From Bugula neritina (taxonomy: Eukaryota > Animalia > Bryozoa): DNA of 64,000 bases. The notes below the pieces were generated by a model. It ran no database searches and had not been told where the DNA came from. It saw only the letters and a program-made list of their open reading frames with translations. How positions within the stretch are numbered: the first letter of the stretch is position 1; each line of letters starts with the position of its first letter. Of the stretch, positions 25,501 to 40,500 are shown piece after piece. The stretch spans positions 5,260,722 to 5,324,721 of the forward strand of contig OZ037766.1 in NCBI GenBank assembly GCA_964035545.1, given 5' to 3'. Both the position numbers and the translations under genes were made by a program.

Positions 25501-28500
25501 TGCACTCATATTTGCTGCTTATCACAGGCTGTTTGATTTATATATAACTTTATTTTGTGTTATTTTTTCCTCAGGAATGAGTTTATATTCACATATAAGT
25601 TTTGTTTTAGGCCAAACCACCGGTAATAGATTCAAACTGCTTTCTAATAAATTTTACAAATTTAAAAACAACATTGATTTGCGCCGAGTCAGCTGATTAG
25701 TAATAAATTATTGATTGATTAAATTAAGCATCCCGTTGCTTCTGTAGCTACATCTTGGTACTGCGGAATATATTGGTTTCATATTTCGTTCTCATAGTCT
25801 TTAGTTATTATTAACAGCAGTTTTATCATTATGGTATTCGTGGAACACGATCTGGACACATGAGATCTACCTTTAATTCTAATAATATGCAGCAAGTAAG
25901 AGCTCCTGCACATGTCACATGCACACGTCACACTCACTTCCTGTACATTCACTTCCTGTATATCACGGGGTGGTGGGCGGAGTCTTCTCTCTACTATCTA
26001 ACATTTAGCAGTTACATTCTACACTCTACCACCTCAGTATATATACTTCATAATACACAAATTGTATTTAATATCTATTATATTCTCTAATATACAACAC
26101 ACTCTGCACCACTTCAGTATATCCGCTCTCTAACATATAATATGGTGTCACCATGCATACAAAACAGATTATATATAAGGAAGGCCCACATAATTATTTC
26201 CCAATACCCAATGCACCATCTATCAATTGAGAGTTGTATTCATGTAGTTTATATTTCATCACCATATCTTCACTAAATTTAATGCTATATTTCTGTAAAT
26301 ACAATAAATTATTTATAGTGGTTATGGTTATTCTGTACAATAATAATTATATATAATATGATTATTGCTCCATTTCCCTAATTTTTATATCATTATTTTC
26401 TTTTCAAAAATTTTCAAGATCTCAGAGATATTTTTTCTATCAAGTGCTGAATTGTGAATCTAATTTTTTATTATTTGTTTATAAATCTTTCTTTTTCGAC
26501 AGCCTGCAGTTGTTAATTGCTTTAATTGAAGAAAGGTTTAACAGGTTTTCTAATATTATATCTATAGCAACCAGTCTTTTATGTTATGCTCTAAAACTCA
26601 GGCATTTTCTTTAACTAAACTCAACTATTTATAGTCACACTGTCTCTTATCAAATTCAGTCTTTAACTTATACCCTGTAATATCTGCAGCTGGAAAACAG
26701 TGTGGATGACTTGACAGAGTGGTTTGCTGACGCCACTGCAAGGCTGGAGAACAGCAGCCCCTGTACCAGTGACCCAGACCAGTTGAGACAGAGGCTACAG
26801 AAACAGAGAGTAAGTTTTAGTCATGTTAGTACCACCTGGTGTATGTGCAGTTACTCTTGTGTGCAGAGAGGCTGTTTCCTGTACATGGTTTAGGTTCAAA
26901 CAATAACTGCGTCACTAAATGGACAGCCGGCTTTTTATTGGTTGAAACTAAGACCTGGTGCCCAACTTTCTTATGAAAGTGAGACATCTACCTATCCTGT
27001 ATGTTGGGTCTCTGCTTAGCTATGATTGGACTTATTTCCTAATGAGGTTTCTCTATGCTTCCTCTTTAGATTTTAAATGACGAGTTGGCAGCTCAGAAAG
27101 GCCGACTTAAACAACTTTCTAGCACAGCTAAGAAACTGCAGAGAGATGGGCTCATACTGGAGAGTCCCGCACTCAACGATAGACTTGAGTCCGTGCGAAT
27201 ACAGGCTGAGAGTCTCTCAAGACTTGGTGCTGAACAGCTGGGTCAAGTCGAGCATGTAAGTGTTATGGTAACTTCTTGCTCAAGATATCAAGTAGCAGTA
27301 GTATAGTATCTTGAGTTATCTCATCATGCCTCAATAAAAACAGGGAGTTTTCTTCCCATCTACTCAGCATTGCACTAATTTCTTTCAATCTGTTTGTGGT
27401 GCAGTTCTTTTTTGTTTTTATTTTAGCCAGCAACTTAATGTTCTTGGTGTTGCATGTAAAATTCAGTGCTAGCAACCCTTTATAATTTATATGATTACAT
27501 AGACAAAATTTTAACTGCTTTATCACAGCCTGTAGCTGAATTTATCTACTAAACCTTCATAATATGCATTCATTCTTAGGTATGTCAAAGTTTAGTTAGA
27601 AATAAAAGGGTTTTGTTTTTATGATTTCAATTTATTTATCTAGTATTTTTTTCTTTGTTAATATCACTCACAATCTTCTACGGCGTATTCAGCATCTATA
27701 TAGAAGTCATCAAGTAGTGCATTATTTCATATTTACCAGATCATACCTCATGCTGCCCAGTTCCGGGACCTTCACGACGATATTGTCAGCTGGTTGGATG
27801 AAGCCGAGATGGAGGCTCAAGAGTCAGCCGTGACACCGGAGCAGATACGGCAGGGGCAGCAGGCCACAAAGGTGAGCTGAGGCGTCTGTTGGTACCACGT
27901 TTAGGAGTTCAGTTGAAACAGTTAAATCTGTACAATCAATGCAGGTGTATTAAGGAACACTTTCTATATATTAAAGCCGAAAAAGTGTATTACTCATAAG
28001 TTAGGAGTAATACACTGGCCTGTGATTTTTCTTAATATTTCAGGTGCTAGCCCAGGACGTAGCTGATCACAAGCCTTTCATAGACCGGCTGTCTAAAGTA
28101 GGGCCCAACTTGGCCAGGCTGTGTAGAGACACCGAGGCTAAAGATGTGGACTCTAAGCTAGAGAATGTTCTGGACAGATACCAGAAACTCAAGTCTGCTG
28201 TGAGAGTTCAAGGAGAGAGACTGAGAGAGAAAGACCTGCAAACACAGAAGGTGGGTTGTCAGAGTTGTAGGTGACACACTGTCGGGAATCTTATGGAATA
28301 ATTTCAGTAGGTTTAGTTTGGTAAGAACTCTTGTTGAGTTTTTAAAGACTCCCTGACACACTCCATTCATACAGTATTAATTATAAAGGTTTAACGTTCA
28401 AACTTTCAAGCCAGCTCAGTGATTAAGCTGTGTGTTGCAGCATCTAAGAATAACATGCAATGATTACAGCAATAATTAATATTAGTTTTATAATATTGCT

Positions 28501-31500
28501 GACTTCAGGCTGAGAACATCATCAGCTAGCAATAGGAAATTCCAAATTAGTACAAAAAATGTTTACACAAAATTTATTATAAAACAAAATTGTTTGAGCA
28601 CACAACCCTCAAACAGTCTGCAGAGTGTAGGGGATAGCTAAGATATATATGAATATTTTAAAACTACATAAATGAAGTATGTCAGAGATTCTTTAAAAAG
28701 GCCTACATAATGCTGATAATGTATATATATTCTTATTATAGTCATGTGTTTGTTTACTTAGTTCTTGGAGGCTGTCGAAGATATTACCTCCAACATACAA
28801 GCAGCACAAGCTGCCGTTATGGCTGCCCCTCCTTTAGCGGCTAAACCCGGGCAGCTAAGAGAGCAGCTGGAGGCAAGCAAGTACATTCTGGATGACATGG
28901 AGAATAAGGTTGGAGATTTAGAGTCTGTGAAAGCAGACGCAACTAAAATGATAGATGATGCAGGAGTGACGGAAGACGATTCCGTTAGAGGTCAGTGTTG
29001 ATCTCTCCACTATCTATACACCTGCACAGCACATTTGTATTATTTTATATCTAAACTGCTGTAAAACGCATCTATAGATTTTCTATCTTGTTTTGTGCAC
29101 GTTATGCCTTCACTTTCCCCATGAAATACCGACATTTTATAGGTGGACTTAGATAACCAGTTGTTGCTGTTTTAGCACATTTACCCTCCAAACATTATTA
29201 GTACTCTAAGTTACTGCCACAGGAAGTAAAATTATCTAATTATTACAACATAATTATGTGTTGACTGACTAGAAGTTATACAAATATTGAGTATGCTGTT
29301 TTACAATTTTTTCAGCTTTAAATTTTTGAATAAAAATGTTTATTTTTAATATCTAAGGCTATTAGCCCGAGGAATTCAATATAGAGTTAAACTTAGTAAT
29401 AGTTACTCTGTTGAGATGTCCCGCACCACACAATCTGTACTTCCACTCCACTATCTCTCAGCTATGAACTGTACCAGAGTGTGTCATGTGTTTAGCTCTA
29501 AGAGACAAGTTAGCTAACCTGACACTGATGCGTGATGACGTGAAGAAATCGACAGCGGAAAGAACCGCTGCCCTCGAAGACACTCTTGGTATCTCTGAAG
29601 ATTTCTGGACTGCTGTCGATGACTTAAAGTATGAAATAGAGGAGACGGGTGGCACTCTTAGCGCTCAGTCTAAGCCAGCCTTGGATCCTGATCATATTAA
29701 AGAGCAGCAGGAGGAGCTTAAGGTGAGGCCCGACTATTTTATTCAGATATTTCAGCTAATCTGAGTTTCAATAGTGAAGCAGGTAGAATGAAAAGTAATC
29801 AGGAGCAGGTAAATTCTGTTTTCACTCCCATGCTACTTTGAAATGTTCAACTTATTTATGTTGACAATTAATATATATATTAGATATTACAAAGTAATAT
29901 TAATAATTAGTTATAATAATTTTTATATGGCTAAAAATTGAAATAAATCTTCATTTATGCAAAACACTGTTAACTTAAATTCATTTATTGTAATAAAAAA
30001 TAAATTGATATATTTTGTTGCTCTGAAAAGCAAATTTATTTAACTTGAACATTCACATACTTTGGTGTAGTATTTTCTGTACATCTTAGCACTAGATGTG
30101 ACTATTCCATACTGTAGGTACTCCAAGAGAAGCTAGCTGACATGGAGAATAGTGTAGAGAATACGTCTGCTAAGGCCGAGAAACTGTCTGCTATGGTTGG
30201 CGAATCAGAGAAGCTGTTAGTTTCTTCTAATGTTGATACGGTAGTCTCCGATTTCAACGCACTTAAGGAGACTCTTAGACAGAGACACTCTCAGCTTGAT
30301 GACGCTTTGGCCGATACGCATGACTTTCAGACAGACCTTGTGGATGTCCTCAACTGGCTCCAAGGTAGATATCGCTGTAGCACATGAACTGGTAACTGCA
30401 GATTTTGATAAAGTTTCATTTTAAAAAATAAATACTATCTACTCAGATTTTCTGTTTCAATGTAAATTTAGTATTCATTCAGATATTCAATCTTAGTGTT
30501 GGTTTTGTGTGTAGGTAAAGAGGAGCAATTGGCTAGCCTGGGTTCTGTGCCTGGAGATACTAAATCTGTGAAGGCTCAGATAGAAGCCCTTAAAGACTGC
30601 ACTGCTGATGTCAATGGAAAACATCTAGAAGTGAAGTCGCTGAATCAGCGAGCCGCTAATATGGTGAAGGACAGGTTAGAATCCGAGGCTAAGGTCATCA
30701 GACAGCCCATGTCAGAAGTTAACAAGCGCTGGGAAGTGCTGCTAGATGGTGTAAAGGCTAGAAAGGTGAGCATAACTCCTGAATATACACGTATCAAAGT
30801 AATTACATTCCAGTCTTACATGACTGTATTGTAATAAGTACTTATTGGTAACATGTGACATTTTAGTATAATGCAGCTGCAATCTTATCCATTGGTACTT
30901 TTTTAATTTTTGGTTGGCAAAGGAACCAATTTTCTGACAGATTCTGCACACAGACTTGTACTATTAAACACTCAGTGATATTATGTTGTGGAGTCATCAG
31001 TTAGTCTGTGTGATGAGTCATTGTGTCACAGCATCCTGTCTTCCTACTTCCAGACGAAGTTACAGAATGCTCTACTAAGTCTCGGTCAGTTCCAAGCGGC
31101 TGTGGCGGAACTCAGCCAATGGCTGGACAGGACAGAGAAGATACTGGATGATGAAGATTTGCCTCATCCCAACGTCTGCGGAGATCCTAAGATCATAGAA
31201 ATAGAGCTGGCTAAGCATAAGGTACCACTAGGGGGCACCACCAGGGGGTACCACCAAGGGGCACTATTAGGGGGTACCACTAAGGGGCACTATTAGGTGG
31301 CACCACTAGGGACACCATTGGGGACTTGTGTTAGTCACATGTTATGTAATAAGGTCTGGGTTTGGTATCTATACAGTACAAACTAAATGTTACTGCTATC
31401 AACTGTGCTTTTGACCAAATAATCTCATTAATTTATTTTTTCTTCCAATAGCTTTTTGAAAATCTTCCAATTTAATACTCAAAACAAATAATTAAAGAAA

Positions 31501-34500
31501 ATAGGCAGAAATTGTATGGCTTTGTTTACTTATGTGATTTTTTTGTAAATACTTATAAATATTTACTGATGATTGCTTTGCTATGATTTCCCTTCACTTG
31601 TCGTAATTCTTGCAGATCTTACTGAATGATGTCCAGAGTCATCAAGGTTCAATAGATCAAGTAAACTTAGCCGGGCAACAGGTTATTAGCAGTGAAGGTG
31701 GGGCCGAGGCTTCAACCACCCGCGAAAATTTAGATAAACTGAATCAGAGATGGGCGGCTGTTTTAAGTAAGACTAAAAATTGGCAGCTTAATTTGGAGGA
31801 AGCTCTGCGGGAGGCGTTAGAGTACCAGTCTGCGCTAAACGACATGGTACAGAGGCTAAGTGAAATTGATGGACAACTGAGTGCGTCTAAACCTGTTGGA
31901 GGTCTGCCTGAGACGAGCAAGGAACAGCTGGAAGAGTTTATGGTAAGAGTTCACTTTACATAGCATGTCAAGTGTTTTTCTCACTTATTCTGATAAAAAA
32001 AGTTTGATAGCTAGAAAAATATAATTGTTATTTTTGTAATTGATCTTCAAAATCAACTCAGAGATTTTATAAAAATATATTGGCACTTGAGTTAAAATAT
32101 TCAGTTTGCTATTATATGGTCTACATTACTTTATCACAATGGTATAATGATTGATTCATGTGTTAAGTTGCAGATATATTTATTTTCTCTATTTGTTGGC
32201 TATTTCAAAATAAACTTTACAACTACTATCATTTATTGGTCAACTTTTAGAGAAATATTCATAAATCTATTATCAGTTTATTGGTGCCATAACTTTCTGC
32301 TGCAGGCCACATACAATGAGCTGGAGCAAGCACAGCCCAAAGTCGCACATCTGATCCAGTCAGGTGAAGATCTCATTGAGAAAGGAAATGATGTCTCTGC
32401 GCAGGCTCTGCAACAGAACTTGGATAATCTCAAAACCCGGTGGGACCTGGTAACCAGCCGAGCCACTGAAAAGAAGGTGCTGTTGGAAAATGCGTTGCAG
32501 AAGGTTTGTGACATTAACTAGAGTAAAGCAGCTGCTATATATTTTATATATTTTTATTTGTAGCAGCATTTTTTAAGCCGACCACTTCAGTGTTTAGTCA
32601 GGAGCAGCCGTGGCCTAGGCATTAGAGCACTGGCTTAGTAAACACAAAGTCAGTGGGTTGAATTCCAGTGAAGGTCATTGGTGATGTTACGAAGAGCATT
32701 CAGTTATAATTGTACCTTTGCCACAGTAGTGAAAAAGGTCTTAGTCTGCTTAAAAAACCCTTTCCATCAGGAGTTCTCACAGTTTTTATCTCAGTCTTTA
32801 GTCTATGGTGTCAATGTCTTTTTAATAAAAATATTTTTTGGGAAATTATAGGCTGAGAAGTTTCAGGAAGACCAGGTTAGTTTCATCAACTGGCTGGGTA
32901 AGATGGAGAAGACAATAGACAAGTTGAAAGCCCCTGGATCTACGCTGGACACTGTACATACGCAGATGGCCGAGCATAGAGAGCTCTCGCAACAAGTGAC
33001 TGTCAACAAGGAGAAGTTGCATGAGTTAGATAAGACCAGCACTCATCTCCTCTACTTTAGCCAGAAATCTGATGCCACCCTCATTAAGAATACACAGCTT
33101 AGTCTACAATCCAGGTTAGCTGTGTTTACACAAATGTTGAAACTCAGTCTATATGAGAAAGTTTGTTGAAAGTTCTCCAAATATTATAAATTGATTTCTA
33201 TCACAATCTATCCCCATCAATTATACATGAATATTGTTTGGATTTTATGCTCTGGTGGTTTGATAACATCTGTTGAATTACTTCAGGTGGGACAAAGTGT
33301 TATATCGCCTGGCAGAACGTTCCAGATTCTTAGACCGAGCTCTAAAAGATGCTAAAAGTTTCAACGAATATTGGACAGACCTTTGTCAGTGGTTGGACAA
33401 CTCCGACCAAGTACTTGATAGTAGCCACATATCCAACAATGACCCAGATAAAATAAAGGGGCAGATAAGCAAACACAAGGTTTGTAGGCCACTTATTACA
33501 TGTACAATGGTTATGTATATATTATGACCAATTGAAGCCATAAAGGTTGGTAAAAATGTGATTTTATTTGCTTTTAATGAATATAATTATTTGGATTCAC
33601 TGAATAAACTATTAATGCTTATATCATTAAAATTGTGTTATATTTTATATTTGCTTATATTATTCTGCTATTTTCATTGCGTAAATTTTGAGTATAATAA
33701 TTTACTTCTTCAGCTTCCATATCTGTTTCTACATCACACATTGTGTTTGATTCATGAATCATATGTTATACAGTAGTATGTTTCCTACTGTAGTAGACTT
33801 TGTAGGAGATCTTGTACTGTTCATATGAATATTGGTTTGGTACTCGGGTTGACCGTGCCATAAATGATCATAGAACATGACGCTAGTTTCTGTCATGTGT
33901 ATGCATTATGCGTTTAATCAGGAGTTCCAGAGAGCGTTGGGCTCGAAGCAGCCGACCTACGACCTCGTGATGAAGCAGGGCAAGGAGCAGCTTGTCAAGT
34001 CAACTCTGGAGAACGACACTCAGACTATAGGTGACATGTTGACTAGTCTCAAGTCTAAGTGGACCAGCGTGTGCGGCAAGTCAGTTGACAGGTGGGTGCA
34101 GGTGATATGAACTCTTCCTAGGCGATGTAATAGTAAGGAGTGTGTTGTTGGCTTTAGACAGTATGATAGTAACTTTACTGTGGGTTTAGTGATATGTGTG
34201 AAAGTATGTTTCACCTAGTATAGTAGGGATAGGTGCAGTAATGGAGAAATTGAAAAAAGCCTGTGTTCTAGATTAGAAATGTAGCAAAAGAAGTTATGTT
34301 CTCACTAGAATTTCACCTCGCGCCCAAAACCAAAATTTATACAGAAATTCAAAGAACTTAGATGATCTCAATTTCTCCACTACTACTCCTAAATGGTATA
34401 GTAAGCCTGCACATATATTAATTCATTATTGGCTGTTAATATTGTCTATTTTTGACTTGATATATTATTAGCTGAAGCTTTAGTTTTTACTGTATGTTAC

Positions 34501-37500
34501 TTTGTGTTAAATTCAGACAACGAAAGCTAGAGGAATCTCTCCTGGTTAGTGGACAGTTTAAAGATGCTCTACAAGCTCTGTTGGGTTGGCTGTACAAGAT
34601 TGAACCATTCATATCTGATGAACAGAATGTCCACGGGGATTTAGACACGGTCACTAAGTTGGCAGAGCAGCAGAAGGTATGTAACACTTGTAAATGTAGT
34701 GTAGCGTTGAGTTTACTCAGCTGTCCCCGTGGTGTAATGGTTAGCGCGCCTGCTTGCAAGCCGAAAGTCTTGGGTTCGAATCCCAGTGGGAGCAAAATTT
34801 TAAAGAGCGTATGTCTCTTGTTATCTGTAAACCAACAACTCTAACCTGTGTGTAGCGTGTTTCTCCTCCCTCCCAGGTTTTCCAATCGGAGCTGTCAAAG
34901 AGGGCTTCCAACATGGCGCAGGTGAGAGACACGGCTAAGGAGCTGATAGAGAAGAGTGAAGACAACATGCCAGAACTTCAGTCTCAGCTGATTGACTTGA
35001 CGACTAGTTGGGACAAGGTGTGTATCTGTATACTACGTGTTGGTGTAACCTGGTAATAGCTATGCTATGTACATGTATCAGTATACTACGTGTTGATGTA
35101 ACCTAACAGTAGCTTAGCTATGTACATGTATCGGTATACTACGTGTTGGTGTAACCTGGCAATAGCTTAGCTATGTACATGTATCCGTATACTACATGTT
35201 GATGTAACCTAACAATAGCTTAGCTATGTATGCATGTATTACATACTATTGCTGATGTCACGTGTTGATACTTCCAGGTAACTAAGCAGGCAGAACGCAG
35301 GCAGGCCAGAATAGAAGAAGCGTTCCGATTGGCTGAAGATTTCGGTCAGAGAGCCAGTACGTTTCTCGAATGGGTCTCGGACTGTGAGCATCAGCTCAAA
35401 CTAAATCCAGATCGGGCAGATGATGAGACAGCCTTGCAAGCTGCACTTGATGAACATAGGGTACTTAGTCTTCACTAAACTCTCTATTCATTAGCTAATC
35501 AGATGGAGTTTAACATGTTGAAGATGTTACACGCTGATTATTAAGTTGAAAAAGCTTCAACTCTGATAGTTATGGACTTATGGAATATGTCAACTTATTT
35601 GCTAATAATCCCAAAACCTGGCCTTGGTTCCAGGGTTTCACATAGAGTTTCTAATACTTAATCTGTTAGTTGTGTTGTTCAGGTTTTTATAGAGGAAGTG
35701 GGTAAGCAGAGGCTATCTCTTAGTGAAACTCTGCGTCTCGGCGATGAGATACTCTCCAAGGCACACCAGGAAGCTGTTCCTATCATGAAGAAGTGGCTGA
35801 TTATCCTGCGGCAGCACATGGAGAATGTTGACACCTGGTCAGCAAACTTTGAGAAGAGCATTCAGGTACCTGACTACACCTCCCAGGGAGAATGCATAGC
35901 TTGTAGCACTACTCATACACACCTTGTTAAAGTATAGAATTACTCGCTTCCAAGTTTTAGTTTTCTGTGTACCTAAGCATGGGTATAGTAAGCTAAGTAA
36001 AGCACAATCCTTCAGCTTTGTTAGTATATATTCTACAGCTTTGCTATATTAGAGGTGTAATGCTAACCTTGTATACTTTCTAAATCAAGGATTCGTTGGA
36101 CGCCATATCAAACAGCTCAAACCTGATAGAAGAGTTGCTAGGGTGGCTGGCTAGCAGTGAAGGTCATCTACTTGCCATGGAAGAGGATCCGCTGCCTCCA
36201 GAAAGCTCAGTCATTGAAGAAATGCTCAAACAACACCAGGTAAGTGTTGGTTGCAGTATTGTGAAGTCAGCGGTAACATAACTCCTGTAATGATACAACT
36301 TGGTGGTAACATAACTCCTGTAATGATACAACTTGGTGGTAACATAACTCCTGTAATGATACAACTCAGTGGTAACATAACTCCTGTAATGATACAACTC
36401 AGTGGTAACATAACTCCTGTAATGATACAACTCAGTGGTAACATAACTCCTGTAATGATACAACTTGGTGGTAACATAACTCCTGTAATGATACAACTCA
36501 GTAATAACACAACTCCGTGTTAATTCAGTAGTATAGCTCTGAAATGAAGGCATGCTCTACATATAAATATAAAATTGAATGATAACACAACTCTCCTTGC
36601 TTTGCATTTAATATGGGGCTATTGCAACATGATATTATGTTGAAGGTTCAACTGTTATAAAATATAGTTTTTGTTTACAGGCTGTTCAAGTAGTAAAAAT
36701 GTAGTATTAGTAATAATTAGTAATAAAATGTAGTGAGAGTACGTGGCTAGGGACAATGTTACTACAAGTACCACCTGAGTACTACCTGAGTACCATCTTA
36801 TATTAAATATACTAAATATCACGGTGTGTTGTTACAGGATTTTGAAGATGAAATAGCCAGTCGGAAATCTGAAGTAGATTCCTTAACTAAACCAAAGAGA
36901 CAGAATGCTAGCAGGTCAGGAGCTGCAACTCCAACTGGACGACGCAGCAGCTCTGGAACTCCCTCTGGTAGAAGGTAAATTATTATATAATATATATATA
37001 TTATAATATATATGTGTGTACATGTATGTTTATATAGTATGTTTATATAATATGTGTATGTATATATATGCATAAGTTTGTTACAGTTTTAGACTAACTT
37101 CCAACCCAGCAATGTCTATTTATCCTAAATACATGTGTTTACATCGCTGACATGTTTTATGCAGAAGTAAAGCAGAAATAAGGCGCGCTTCTCAAACCCC
37201 CGAACCAGGGTATAAGAACCCGAGAGTGCAGGCTTTGTCTGTAAAATGGAGGCAGGTATGGCTCATGAGTATGGACAGGAGAAGACGACTGCAAGACGCT
37301 TTAGATCAACTGAGAGAGGTCTGAAATTATATTGAAAGTTTTCTGTGTGTCTGTGTTTCTACATACACCTTGCTGTAATGTTAGAATAGTTTCCTCAAAT
37401 TCCTGTACAATTACATGTTTTTTCTTCTTTCAAGTCTTTATATTATTGTAATTAATTATTGCATTTCATTTCTTTTCTCTTTTAGAAACAGGTATTTCTT

Positions 37501-40500
37501 ATTCTTTGTTTGATTTAGTCAGTCACTGTCTAGAGTTAGTATTGAGAAATTTAGTCTTGTAATAATGCAGTAGAATCCGTGACACACTTGCAGTAGTTGT
37601 TAGTCCTATAACAATGATTTCTTCAACTCTCACCAACTATTCAGTTAATTTAGATTTAAATAATTGCTTCCTCAATAACCTACACTTCCAATTCCCAGAA
37701 ATAATCTATGTAATTGCATTAATCAATGATTGCTGCCACACAATGCTGACGTGTATTCCCTAACTTTGACCTGTAAGCTCTTTTCCTTCCTCTAACTGAT
37801 GATGTCATGTTGTGATTATTTAAATAATTGCTTGTGTAAACAAAACCCTGTGATCACTACGGTTGATGATGATATTACATATAAGATAATAATTTATGAA
37901 TCTAAAACCCAACAAGTGCACATGGTTTAAGTATTATGCAATAATAAATTTGGTGTTTTGTTGAGTCACAAAAAGTAGTTAAATTGAGGCATCTGCATAC
38001 CGTATATCTGTTGAGTTGCCACTGCCGCCATTTTGGCTTTCTCAATCTTTCACATCCTGTTCCATTAGCGAGCCAAACTGCGAAACTTCAACTTTGATGA
38101 GTGGAAGAAGAGATACATGAATTGGATGGACCACAACAAGGCCCGAGTTATGGACTTCTTCAGGCGGATAGACAAGGACCGCGACGGCAAAGTGTCTCGA
38201 GACGAGTTTGTCTCAGGGATTCTCCAGTCAAGTGAGTTTTTCTAGTAATCAGTCGCTCTGCCAGTTGGAATGCAGTAGTTCTTACATCCAAATTTATTTA
38301 AATTCAAATTATAAAATGCACGAAGTCACTAAAAGTTTTAATTGGCTGAATTGTTAGTCCAGTCAAAAGTTTATTATATTTTCGATTCATGTAAGCACAG
38401 CTTAGTTCTAGAGAAATATGTTTGACAAATGCAAATATTCTGATTATATTTGGCTCCTGGCTGTCTTCTTTGTGTGTAACTTAACCACACGATCTATCAG
38501 TAATGGAATTATCTCCCCCACATTTTCAGCATTTGATGCATTATAGCCAATCACACATTGGCTTCCAGATTAAAAGGTTTCATGGTTGGCTACACAGCCA
38601 TGGCTATTCGGCCACTCTGATGCATGGAAAGACAGTAAATATGTAACTAGATGTTCTCTTTGGTATTTAAAAAGGAAAAAATTGGCACCTCAACTATAAC
38701 TTTATAAAATGTCCACAGCTTTCTAATATCAAACAATTTTATGGATTATCAAACAACTTAGAGAGTTATTTTCTCATAATTATGAGGAGACAAGTCTAGT
38801 CATAATGGAAAGCAAAATGTCCATAAATAGACGTTAAAGTCTTATTTGTACTTTTATAATTTATACAGAATAAAGTGTTTTTTCCTATATCATGGAATAT
38901 ATTTTATATGCAAATTTTCAAGTCGAATTAATTTAATAAATGTTGTATTTTTTAATATTTAAAAATACTTTTTAATTTATGTTGCATTATTTTACTACAT
39001 TTTTTGATGTATTACTACATGCAAATGGCTGTGTTCAGTTGTGTAGAGTACAGTTGGTAACGCTAAAGCAATTTATTCTTACATTTTAGCTGTTCATTGG
39101 AAGAAATATCTTTCACAAAAATATCCTGAAATAGGTAGAGAGACGTGACTTGTGTTTGTGCTACTTTATTATATAACACTAACGCATTCTCTTGAGTGGC
39201 TTCTCATATCTATATATTCTGCATCTATTGCCTTTCTACTCATCGTCTTCTAGATGTGTCAGATCTTCTTACATGTGTTTATGTCTTCAAGGTTGAAAAT
39301 CAATTGAGTTTATATTAAAAAAAGCTAACGTCATATTTTCTATAACAAAAGTGTCATGCAAACAGTTTTCATGGGATATATATGAGACCTTGAAGTGCCT
39401 TTAAAATTTTTTCATGTATAAAAATTGGTTAATTTTTCCCATTCTTGAAGTATAATATGTTTATTGTTTATTACAACTTTGTTTACTTTTCATATTAGCC
39501 AGTAATATAGTAACCAATTTTTCTTAATTTAATATTTAAACTTTGGGCACTGTACCACTATACAGCAACCTCCTTTCTGTTTATATGCATGTACTTTATA
39601 TAGCCTTTGGTCCAGCAATGAGCATGTATTTTCACTTCTTTTTTCATTGGTATTTATTCTCCAGTTTTCTTCCATTCTCCACACATCGCATGATTCTATT
39701 AATCATTTACTTAAATATTGTGAATATTAGTTGCTATCACTCTTTGATTTCTCTGCCTTCATTCGCTAGAAACTTATTATTTAGTCAATGAGTTTTGATC
39801 ACAATGTTTTGCAAAGTATTGTTTTATAACGCAGTTTTCTAAATGTTGTACTTCTGTTATAAAATCAATGAGTATTTTCTGTTATTCACAAAATTACTCG
39901 CGAATTTATTTATTTCAAATCATATCAAAATATTGTTTTTAAAATAGGTTTGGTTTAACAATTAAGCAAAATTATCAGCTAATGATTGAATAACAGTAGC
40001 TTTCATAGTTGTTGATTTGTTAGTATTCCAAAAGTTTTCTTTGGTCTGAGCAGTGAATTTCTAAAAATGCCTGAACTAGTTGTTTCCGTGACTTCTAACT
40101 CATAATTTTACAAAATTATGTTTCAGTTGATTTCATTTTGATTTGCCGTAACTAATTTAGCTAGAAAATAACTTAGAATGTATCCACTGCACTGTGTATA
40201 CTTGCATATTTGGAGTTGTCTGTCTTACAGAGTTTCCCACATCACAGCCAGAATTAGAGGCAGTGGCTGATAAGTTTGACAAGAATAAAGACGGTTACAT
40301 AGACTATAAAGAGTTTATGATGGCCTTAAGAACAGACGTTGAAAGAGAGGTTAGTATTGCATCATCACGCTACGTTCTTCTACTGTGTGATAACGAAGCC
40401 ATCTCTACAAGCGCTGTATTACAAATGAATATTACAAACTTTTGTTTTGTTTACCCAAACAGCATATGTATCTGCAACTGCTATTTATTAGATGGAGAAG

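Noticed and set aside
36164-36553. 11-aa repeat ORFs on both strands
   Set aside because: Artefacts of the 33-bp minisatellite.
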